Assembly: GCA_040437565.1 (NCBI GenBank)
Contig: JBDOQK010000016.1
Span: forward strand, 1-64,000
Direction: 5' to 3'
Source: Albugo candida
Taxonomy: Eukaryota
DNA: 64,000 nucleotides
Shown piece by piece: positions 11,855 through 22,200 of this stretch. Within the stretch, counting starts at the first letter, position 1; the number at the start of each line of letters is the position of its first letter. The notes below the pieces were generated by a model. The model saw only the letters and a program-made list of their open reading frames with translations, was not told the DNA's origin and ran no database searches. Position numbers and translations under genes: made by a program.

Positions 11855-12720
11855 ATGCTATTCGGATGTATCACGACCGGAAAGGAAAGAAAAAAACTGG
11901 CCTTGAACATAGCTCGAGTCGAGAAATCGGGATGTGCAAGCACAGAGGATTTAAAGTCTCTCCAAACATGGAAGCGTCTTCTTCGCGAGAAGAATGAACT
12001 TATTAGAACGCTACAAGCCAAAGTCTCTTCTGTAGAAAAACACAACTTGATTCCCGATGAACTGTTCCCTTCAAAAGAACAAATTTGCCATTTTATTATT
12101 GAATGTCTTTTGGGAGAAGCAATCGGTGGTAAAGCTACGAATTGTGAGTTGAAATCGTGTAAGGAAGATCTACGTGAGACGAAAGGAAGACTCGTTGAAG
12201 CTTTGGAAGACCTTGACGATCTCCGTGATAATGCACATACAGAGACAGTTGCTACCGGTAACGAGACGATGCAAGCAAACGATGTGAAAGGGTCTCAATC
12301 GGAATTGAAGAAATCGACAAAAGGACCTCAGAAAACCAAAACGTATACATTTCTCAGTGAGGACGGGCTCGAAGACTCGCTATCGGAAGTATCGAGGAGT
12401 GACCACTCTGACCGTGTTGAAGGTGAAGCATCGGAAGCATATTGAGAAGAACGCTCGAGCTGATTCGGTAAAGTGTCTCGAAAAACCATCGGCTGGTCCC
12501 AGAGACAGCATGGAAGAGATTGATCGGCTTTTACTGAATGGCTTCGAGTCCAAACCTGATTGCTGTCAATGCAATGGAAAATGTGCGACAAAATTGTGTT
12601 CATGTCGTGCAGATAAACAAGACCGTTGAAATGACTGTTCGTTTCATGCTCTCAAATGTCATAATCGTCCTGAGATGAAACTTCGACTTCAAAAAAAACA
12701 TTCTGGATGAAGAGCATGCA
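11855..12720 (+). pseudogene. Kinesin-4 (KIF4-like) C-terminal coiled coil and CXC cysteine-rich tail, decayed
   Basis: A coiled-coil ORF (11855-12445) is followed after a frameshift by CCQCNGKCATKLCSCRADKQDR*NDCSFHALKCHNR (12561-12668), a CXC motif with lost cysteines and a stop. No motor domain is present upstream. Confidence 0.55.
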
Positions 12721-12814
12721 GCGCTAGTCACGTCTCTGACTTTAGATCAACAAGCAAAACGGCATCGGGATACCATTTCAATTTCTGGTGGAAAAGAAAA
12801 TTATGTCAAGAAAG

Positions 12815-13535
12815 AAAAGGAATCAACCACGGACATCTAAAAGGACATTCGACCAGATGTGGAGGAAGTGGAAGTCATGGAGGTGGAGGTGACCGAAGGT
12901 ATCCATAAATTTGTCAAGCCAGAGGAAATCGACGAAGTGGCTGTATTTACATCACATGATACGCTCCAGACCGTTCCTGAAGATATTTGTACTACGGCGC
13001 AGCCTGATACTCGTTGACAAACGACATTGGTCACAGATCGCGATAATATCGACAGTGATCGCAGTATTGAAAAGATGCCTAGCTCGAATATGAAGACACA
13101 GTGGTGTCCAAGAAGAAGAAAAGAAGACCAAGAAGCCAAAGAAATCAACCAAGGAGATTGAAGAGGACATTCGACCAGATGTGGAGGAAGGGGAAGGTAC
13201 GGAGGTGGTGGTGACCGAAGCTATCACAGGATCAGTCAAGCCAGAAGAAATCGACGAAGTGGCTGTATTTACATCGCACGATACGCTCCAGACCGTTCCT
13301 GAAGATATTTGTACTACGGCGCAGCCTGATATTCTTCGACTAACGACATCATCGACAGTGACAGCAGTACTGAAAAGGTGCCTAGCTCGACTATCGACGA
13401 CACAGTAGTGTCCAAGTGGGAGAAGATGAAGACCAAGAAGCCAAAGAAATCAGCCAAAGACATTGAAGAGGATATTCGACCAGATGTGGAGGAAGTGGAA
13501 GTCACGGAGGTGAAGATGACTGCAGTTACCCATGA
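12815..13535 (+). repeat. Imperfect tandem repeat, ~305-322 bp unit, ~2.3 copies, decayed coding-like
   Basis: AGGA(C/T)ATTCGACCAGATGTGGAGGAAG recurs at 12842, 13164 and 13469. The unit translates to K-rich then acidic peptide (KKTKKPKKSTKEIEEDIRPDVEE...KPEEIDEVAVFTSHDTLQTVPEDICTTAQPD) with stops and frameshifts. Confidence 0.9.
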
Positions 13536-13537
13536 AG

Positions 13538-14800
13538 CTATGTGAAAATGATCTTGAAATGGAATGCCTGTTTTCTGTCGGGCTTTCTCTGCTCGTTTGA
13601 AAAGCAGACTTTAGACTCTACTGATTCACGTGCTTCCGTGTTCCCGTGGTACACAATATATTTACACACGTTTCGCATTGATTTTGGCATTGAACGACGA
13701 GGACAATTGCGTAACGATGAGGAATGGGCCACGGAATTTGATCTGTGGATCCAAGTGAAGACGATCCAAGGTCTGAATGGTTTTTCAGAGACCCATTTCA
13801 TCGGCGAGAATGCTGGGACGTCCGTTGTACCAGTTCCGCATAAGTCAATTAAGTGCTACTAATTGATAGACGCGTAATACAAGTCTTCGATCCGTTTCGA
13901 AAGACGCTGATTCCTCTATTTTACGATATTCGCAGAGACTTGGGCGTGGAGGTAGTTTTCATTCGTTTTTTGGTGGGAGGAGCAACAAGGCTTCAATCGT
14001 TTGATAGCTTCGTCGTCTTGAAGATCCTCAGCTCGTTCCCAGGTCGCATCGGTATAGCGTAACATGCGCCAAATTACGAGGTATACCTTTCTTTCGTCGT
14101 CTTTCAACTTGTACAACTTGAATTCTTTTTGGATGCGATAATACGATGGCTTTCCAGGTACTCGGGTTCGCAATACTCAGTCTCTTCGCCAGTTGATGCA
14201 TGTCCTTCGTCGAAATTGTCTTCTTCAACGTGATACTTTAATCCGAGTTGTTTCTTCTCCAAAAAAGCGTTCAATTCGCTATTTATTTGTCTGTGGATCC
14301 AAACTCAATAGCGTGTCAGTGGTTTCCCACGAACTGTGAAGATACGAGTAGTTTTCCATTTGATATAATACTCCATGACCTCTATTTTGTTCTCCTTGTT
14401 CTGAACCTTCCTAGAGTCCATTCACTTCTCAATGACCATACTGCTCAGCTACTCTGCTGGTCCTCCTGTCGTTTGGCGGTATGCAGTCTTTCTTATCCGT
14501 GTTCTGCTTCCGAGTCGCAAGAATTATCCATTTCATTTTGGGGTCCTTTACTCACAAAAAAAAAATCATGCCGGTCTGAGTTCGAGTTTTGGCGGAGCGT
14601 GCTACTGTGAATTCATTCTCACTCAGTATTTCTTCGTCATTAGAGCCGAGAACCACGTATGATCTGTTTCACACTACTTACTCTGTGAATCCGGCTCGGT
14701 GATCGTCTTCTCCGATTTCTGGAGCGATTGATACGCTTCTACGTTTCTGTGTGGATTGCGTTTCATTGGAGGCTCCCGCACCGCTTTTAGCGCGAATACC
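13538..14800 (-). pseudogene. CHD6-9/Kismet-like chromodomain helicase fragment (paralog 1)
   Basis: Chromodomain 1 MEYYIKWK/YSYLHSSWET (~14330-14380), chromodomain 2 YLVIWRMLRYTDATWERAEDL (~14030-14090), SNF2 motif I WYNGRPSILADEMGL*KTIQT (~13770-13835), then YIVYHGNTEARE. Multiple frameshifts and stops. Truncated where it abuts the tandem repeat. Confidence 0.8.
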
Positions 14801-15178
14801 ACCACAATCTTGATACGTTTCTAGTGGTACATTGTTGTATTGTCCATAATAGTGACTTCCCTAGCGTTTTCTTTTTTCTGGTTCTCTTGGNNNNNNNNNN
14901 NNNNNNNNNNNNNNNNNNNNNNNNNNNNNNNNNNNNNNNNNNNNNNNNNNNNNNNNNNNNNNNNNNNNNNNNNNNNNNNNNNNNNNNNNNTTCTCTTGGT
15001 GCTCGTACTTTGTAGAGCATAAACTGTACTTCTCCTTCGCTGTGCAAAGGCGAATCGATTCGCTCTCTGTGTATTTAACGTCTTCATGCAGCTGAAATCC
15101 TCGCCGGATTTCTCACAAAGAGGAGAAATATAACTATCAGATGCTTTCAACGCAATCTGTGTCAAAGCAGCCAGCAAC

Positions 15179-16935
15179 ATTGCGCCTTTGGTGACATTGG
15201 GCAACTGGAAGCGCGAAATTGAGACATGGACAACCATGAATTTCTTGGCGTATCATGATTCCGAAGGCGGAAGCGAGATTTTCTCATTCATTCGAGAGTA
15301 AGAGTTTTACTAGAAGCAATCGGATATGTTCCGTCTTCGTGGGATCTACAAATTAAATGTGCTGGTGACTTCGTATCAGACCGTCGATTGGAATTTATCG
15401 GACGGAAAGAGAAGCCGTAGTTGCGTACAATTAGTACATCATCGCGTCTACGGGTCCAATGTGATGAGTTATATGCATCCCGCATGGTTATTGACGGGAC
15501 ATGCGGATGATGGTCCTCGATCCAGTCAGGGAATCGGTGCTGTGGTACCAAAATGTAATTCAAAGAGCACCAAGTCCTCGAGTTCGGGGTCTTTTCACAC
15601 TCAATCAGAAAGATCAGCTTCGGGCTCAGATGTTGCTACTCAAATTCACAGCATCCGACGAAACGGTTCCAAGTGAATGCTAGCAAAAGCATTGCGTTCA
15701 AATGAGAATAATCATCTCGTTAGAATACTGAAGATCAACGCAAACGGAAGCGAAACTTTGCACCTGAACCGATTTTATCGAAAGCAGCTGCCAAGCGTGG
15801 ACGAATAACGCGGTTGTAAAGGTCGAGGAAAGTTTCGAAAAAAAGGAATAGAGTGAGTCGTATGATGATAAATCAGGTCGAGAGGATGGTTCTTCGATAA
15901 AATCTGCTCTAGACGCGAAACCAAAGCGACGATGCGGTCAGAACGCTGGCAAAGCGAAAATAAATTACGCGGAGAAAGAGATGGAATTCGATATCGAAGT
16001 GAGCGGCGAAGAGAAGAAGAAAAAACGCATGCATGGGGCTGGTAGAGAAAGCGCTGAATCAGATGATCGTAAAGGACCGCTAACGGGAAAAATCGTTAGT
16101 TTCGATTTGTGAAAGATCAAATGGACTCACTGGAAGCCGTAATGGGGTTTCTCATCGAATGGAAGGATACGTCGTATATGCATGTCAATTGACTTCGTGT
16201 CGCCGATATCGAAACGTTTGGACATCACGCAATCATGCGAATGCGTCGAAACATTCGAAAACACGGTCGGGAAGGCGAGATACCTCGAGAAAATCCAGTG
16301 ATCCCCGGGAAAGACAATACCATTCACTTCAGTGAATCGTTTGCTAAAATTGATTGTATCCTCGACGCCAAAGAGGTCGAAGAAGCCGTGGAAATGAGTC
16401 CATTCCGTCTATGGTGCTTGCTGATGAAAGTCTCTAAGCCAATGAAAGATATTCACGGCACTTCCAATATCGATGCGGATCTACACCTTCTATCAAAATG
16501 CAGAAAAGCGTCAAGTATCTGGTCAAATGGCGACATCTCAGTTACGTCGATTGCTCATGGGAGTGGAAAGACGACCGCACCGATGTCGAAAGATTGCCGC
16601 GTATTACCGCCCCAAACGCCCGCACCGATGTCGAAAGATTGCCGCGTATTACCGCCCCAAACGCCCGCAGATCGTAAATGTTGCGAATCCAGCAATGTTC
16701 CCAGTCACACGACCAGATCCGACGACATGTGCCAAGTACCAGGAATCGTCCGTACACAATAATCGAAACAACTTTCGTTCTTATCAGTTGGAAGGCTTAT
16801 TTTGACTGCTATTTTGCTGGTATAATCGTCGGGATTGTATTCTTGCGGGTGGAATGGGTATTGGGAAACTGTACAAGCGAAATCGATCATGGAGCATTCA
16901 CGCCAGCAAGAGCACATTTAAGCCCCTTTTTGTTG
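15179..16935 (+). pseudogene. CHD6-9/Kismet-like chromodomain helicase fragment (paralog 2), rearranged
   Basis: 15179-15382 reads IAPLVTLGNWKREIETWTTMNFLAYHDSEGG...RE*EFY*...GIYKLNVLVTSYQT (SNF2 motif Ia onward). Further on come FLIEWKDTSYMHV (chromo 1, ~16147), KYLVKWRHLSYVDCSWEW (chromo 2, ~16513) and [31 protein letters not shown]/TVQ...EHI*APF (16773-16930). Confidence 0.8.
16575..16669 (+). repeat. Perfect 45-bp tandem duplication
   Basis: CCGCACCGATGTCGAAAGATTGCCGCGTATTACCGCCCCAAACGC occurs at 16575 and 16620, plus a partial CCGCA at 16665. Confidence 0.95.
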
Positions 16936-17345
16936 GATGAACCCAACCATAACATCCGCTAGTCCCGCGAATGCATTCGATCAGAATTCCTACGAAAAAT
17001 TAATATCAGAAGATGAGGAATGCATAAAGGTATGGTAACGTACCGCTATCTTGCTGCTGACAGACGTAATTACGCGTCAGAACACTCTCAGTGGCCACTG
17101 ACGCGAGTGAATAAATGGGCGTGGAATCGGTCGAAATCTTTTAATAATTACAGAAGTGGGATGATATAATATAAGGATATAGGGGTATGCTTGTGAAAAT
17201 AAATGTGTTTCAATCTTTAAGGGTAACGTACTTGGACAGCATATGGCTATCGTATATTTTTGTATATACTATTTCGAATAGAAGGTCGTCGTGTGTATAC
17301 TCTTCATACTCTACAATAAATTGCGCATCGGGACGCTACGTAAAT

Positions 17346-17490
17346 CACTTGATGTGGATTTGAATCGGCTGGCGACATGTTGGGCAATAATTCAGCGGCA
17401 ATGCGCATGTGTCACGTGTCTCGTGACCGCATTGAAACAACAAATTATTTCTTCCTTCTTCACGAATGCAACAAAGCTGCTCTTCCTGTA
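17346..17490 (-). pseudogene. C-terminal RING-HC finger remnant
   Basis: Minus frame reads EEQLCCIREEGRNNLLFQCGHETRDTCALPLNYCPTCRQPIQIHIK*. This is a C3HC4 RING with two zinc-ligand positions now CGT (Arg). Not in the ORF track. Confidence 0.7.
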
Positions 17491-17889
17491 TTTTGCAAGC
17501 TCATCTTCGCCTATTAATAACGCGCGTGACTCCGTATCATCTTCTTTAAATTTACAAAAATCAGCATTTCTAATAACTCACTTCATCTTCTAGGGTCGAA
17601 GCTGCTGGTTTCTGCACGCGTTTTCTTGCAAGTACTCGTATTCTGGCTTTGATCTTAAACATGGGTAAATAGAAACGCGCCCATTGAGACTCGAACTGGA
17701 GAAACTGGGAGCTTCCTTGTTCCGGTTGAATGACAAAATGTGGTAGAAAATGCACGTGGTCTTTTGGAATAGTATATCCAAAGTTGAATGGACCCGCTTC
17801 GAGACGCCGAGAAGTTTTAATACGACAGTAATTGACTCTGAGTACTTTAAATTCTGGAACCCAGCATTGACTATTGCCGGCGGGGGCAG

Positions 17890-18850
17890 ACGATAGCCAT
17901 ACATGTACCCCTTTCCCGAGCACTGGCTTCATTACTTCTTCGGCCACCTGTTGCACATAAGCAACTGCATCCGTCGATCCCATTATGACTCGCTTCGGCG
18001 TCAACAATCCACTCGGTGCCACCATAGTGAAATATTCTTTGCTGCCTTTATCCAAAGTTTAAAATGAAAACAATTCAGCGAGAAGTAGCAAGTTGATCCT
18101 TCCAAATTTGCCATAACGACCTCAAAATGCGGCATCGGCCACGTCATTGGCACCATTACTGCATTAATCGCCCGTAAATCGACGGTCATTCGATATTCTC
18201 CGACTTATTTATTCCCAACAATATGAGGAACACTCCCCCATCGCGAATCTGGGCTACGATAGATCAGATCGTGTTCCGTCAATTTCGATAAATGTGTTTC
18301 CATATACTCCCTATGAACAGGTGGATATCGCCTAGATATTGCCATTATAGGGGTCGAAACCTCCTTGCATCTAACATTTAGCGGTTCGAGCTTTACTGGA
18401 GGATCCGTGGCAAAATCCACGTGAAATACATCATGGTATTTGAATAATAACTCTCTCAAATGATCAAACGATTCAGTTGTGACACCTGCGATTATCGCTT
18501 TCTTCTGCTTCCTTCTCCAGAATGCTATGAATACGATTCTTATGTGTATCCCCTGGCGTCACGTCTGCTCTGAATGAACATTACTCCTTCTCATCGCTCA
18601 GTCCCACTTTATCTTCGATAAGTTTATCATCTCAAACTTGCAACGAGTTGCACCCCGGAATATTTTGCTTTGTTTCTTTCTTCTCATCCCATTTGCTCTT
18701 CTTTTGTCTGCCCCCTGCCAGAAAAGGCGTCACTGAGTATCCCATCTTCTCCATCATATGTCTATCCAATATAAGTGACATCGACTCGCTTTCCCCATTG
18801 ACGAGCATTTCCAAGTTTTCTACATCAGCGGTCCTTCACTTCTGATGAGA
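17890..18850 (-). mobile_element. Ty3/Gypsy LTR-retrotransposon pol fragment (post-protease region to RT), truncated and frameshifted
   Basis: LLFKYHDVF..DPPVKLEPL..RRYPP..SRWGSVPHIV, RMTVDLRAINA..WPMPH, YFSL and TPKRVIMGSTDAVAYVQQ are RT motifs. The match ends at VHVWL, just before the catalytic DD. Confidence 0.9.
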
Positions 18851-19267
18851 GCGTGTTGGAAACCGCATCTGCTTCGAGTTGAAGGAGTCTTTTGGTCAAA
18901 GGTCGCAAGTAGTGAATAATCGTAAAAAGATAGCAACCTGAGATATCCTGCTAGACAGAGTCCGGATATACCTTCAAGTCAGCAAGTATTTTGTGAGTTT
19001 TATCTCTTGTGCGGTTTCCATTATTCGACGCAAGATTGCTGATGTACCGTCGATTGGAACAAGTACAATAATGTTGGCTAATACCTACTTCGTAGTTTCT
19101 GTTTGCATAAATGTCGACTTCGACGCCACAAAAGACTGTCTCAGAAGTGAGACATTCATGAACAATAGGAGTGTTTTCATTTCCAGCTTTATTATTGCCT
19201 TTCACTTTTCTAAACAGACGATACATTATCAACTTGTGATGACCTCTCTCACCGCTGAGACTTTGCT

Positions 19268-22200
19268 CTAGGCCATCAGAATTCCCCCGAGACCGAAATT
19301 GATAGTTGCCAAAAGCATGTTTCGCATTTGTTCCAATGAAGTGTAAGGTGGAAGCTCCACCGAAAAGAAGCAAGTGTGAGCCACAGGTAGGCTTTTACTC
19401 GCATCTCGACCTCCCTTTTTTGTCAGCTTAAATGGCTGAGCCCATTTCCCACGAGGCAATCGACTCCGTCCCCAAGCAAAGCGAACAAAATCAGATCGCT
19501 GTTCATCAGAAAACTGCTCTAGTGCTTCCCAAAACAATTGTACTGTATCATCCGATTCAGTAAAGCCTTCGTATCGAGTGTGCTGCCTCCACAAAGCGAT
19601 GTCAATCTTGGGTGATCCACACGTGAGAAGCTCCATTTCTTTCCAGGTTAATAGCGTGAGCACGCGTCGAGGAAACACACATTCGAATCCACGGGCGATA
19701 GCTGATATCTGAACCGTAGCTTCTCTTAGTCGATATTGCTCCGCCAACGCGGAATATTCTTGGCGATTTGCAAAGGTGACACTAATTTCTTTGCCATTTG
19801 CGATCAATTCCACTTCCTTCCCAGTACAATCGAACGCAGTAAAACGTAAATCTAGCCCTTCATTCTGGAAAGCTCGCTCGAACTCCTCTTGGTCAGAAAT
19901 TCCGTCTGACTCGCAATTTCGGATCCCGTCTAACATTTGCATGAACATCGCATCCGTGTCTTCCAAATCGCTTCGATCAAGCCGTTGACCGATTAATTGT
20001 TTCCAAACGAGCGACGGGAAGGCAAATGGAAAGTCCCCGCGAGTTCGTAAAGAGATACCCAGTAATTTACCGACAAATTCGTACATCTCCATAGCCACTG
20101 GAGAATCACATTTCGAATTTGGAAGATACATGCTTCTATTCGCACCGGTATCGTGTTGGCCATTGGGGCACAGCACGAAAAGATTGAAATGAGGTGAGAA
20201 GAGATCATCCACCATGGAGTTTGTTCCTTCCCGATACACTCCACCCCAATCGACTCCTTCCTCTCCACGAAACTTAACGTTGAATAGACGTCCTTTACTA
20301 TCAATTTTGCGTCGAAAGACTGCAGGATTTACGTCACACAATTGTCGGAACGCCTGTGCAAAAAAACACTCGGAAATAGACGGCTCAACTTCTCGATCGT
20401 CTCGTGATTCCAGCGCTTGTAATCGGTCGAGCGTGATGCGTGCATTATTATTGCTAATCTCTCCAGTGAACTCAGTTGCTTCGATGGCTGCCTCAACGAT
20501 TTTGTTCTTTATATCAAAAAAGACGCAGTGGCTGAGCTGACGGAGACGCGAAGCAAGTGACCAACACGACCCAATCTCACGTAGATCGATGTACGGAAGA
20601 GCTTCAAAAAGGCATTGATTCAAGTGCTTCATGAGAGCAAACCGAAGATGAACATTCACCAGATCTGTATCGAATAATAAGGAGCAGCGAAGAGCATCTA
20701 GCTGTGAATCAAGTCGAAATTGGTATGGTCGTAAGCGTGTTGAGAGAATGCATTGTGTGCTCCCGGCGACCTCAAGCTTTTCGACGTGTGTGTTGATCCA
20801 TTCAATCAGCTGAGCGTCGAAAGCATGGACGTCCTGGAAATACGTACAGCCTTTGCTGGTAAGGGTAGCTTGCTGCGCGGAGAGTTCTGATTGAAGAGCT
20901 TCTAAATCGAGAGCAGAAACCTCCTCCATTTGCTTCTCTTCTGGTATCCCGATCACAATTACAGTGAGTGCGATTCCATAAAAGCTTGTCGAGTTCGTAC
21001 TCCCACGAAAGCGTACATGCAAGGTATCGCCAGCTAGTTCAACTGGATCGACCGGCCAGCACTTATCCGTGCATGGACCGCTAAATCGTCGAGTTGTTCG
21101 AAATTCCTGAAATCCCATAATATCAAACTGGGCGCCGGTATCATCGACATGAGACATTGGTGCCAACGCAATCGATTCCAGCTCAAGGAATACATCACTT
21201 TCCGTCTCACAGCGCGGATCCAAAAAGACCAGAAAAGATTGCGCCATCGGAAAGCAAATTGTTTCATCAATTTCGCATAAATCGTACGGATGGCTCGTCT
21301 CCAGCACTTTACAGCTTCCATGTATGTCCAGCCAGATAGACGAAAGGACACGCTGAGGAAGATGGGAAGATTCATTAAGAAGGAATCGGACTATGGATGC
21401 CGTGTCAGCTAAACACTGGAATGTATCACGTCGATGTGGAGGGACAGGTACTGGGATCGCTGTTAGTGTGGCTTTGCTATCTGATAAAAGAGCAGTATGC
21501 GCCCGAGACCGCTTTTTGAATTCCTTTGTTGCTGTCTTCGTAACAATACCAAGCTCAATCATTTGTAGCAAATGCCCGGATAAAAACAGATTCTTTGATC
21601 CTATCACTTGACGCTGTTCTTTCGCACGTTGTAAAGCACGCTTCCCAATGTTCTTTAGCGGTTTTAAATCCGGTGTTTCGGTGCTTGGAAAAAGCAGAGG
21701 AGTGCTCAATAGTTGTACCAGTATACGCACGATCCGATTTTTAAAGGGTGCGCCCGGTGAACGTAGATATCGCACGAGAGCTTGGAAAATGTTATGATCA
21801 TGTACAGGTCCACTATTCTTAAGCGAGGTTGCGTCGTTCAGCAAAAAGTTTAGAAGCCAGCAAGCCCATTCCAGCGACGGAGTTGAGAGCACCTGGGACT
21901 CGTTACTCCATATAACCTTCGGTGCTGGCTTGACCTGGAAGCGATACCCATAGAAATTCGTGGTTTTGTCCATTGACACGAACCGAAACCAAAATTTGTT
22001 CGATTGTATGACGAGATCGGGTATATTCGATTTCATATTAGTGCTGGAAGCATCAAAAGTGGCAATTTTGACTTCACAAGATGCATCCTTGAATATGGAA
22101 AGTTTTGCAGTTGGTCCAAATTGGGTACGTTGATCAAAAATAAGGCGAACAGATTGAGATTGGCTCGATACGGAGACAGCACTGAGGTAATCGCACTCGC

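Noticed and set aside
16575..16669. CRISPR-like repeats
   Set aside because: Head-to-tail duplication without spacers, no cas genes, eukaryotic context.
1..18900. Alternative genetic code or stop-codon readthrough explaining the in-frame stops
   Set aside because: All three stop types occur together with frameshifts and lost catalytic or ligand residues, and the neighbouring genes read in the standard code.
18951..19373. 140-aa ORF overlapping the HECT 3' end, and the many short ORFs inside the large genes
   Set aside because: Alternate-frame or antisense shadows with no independent support.
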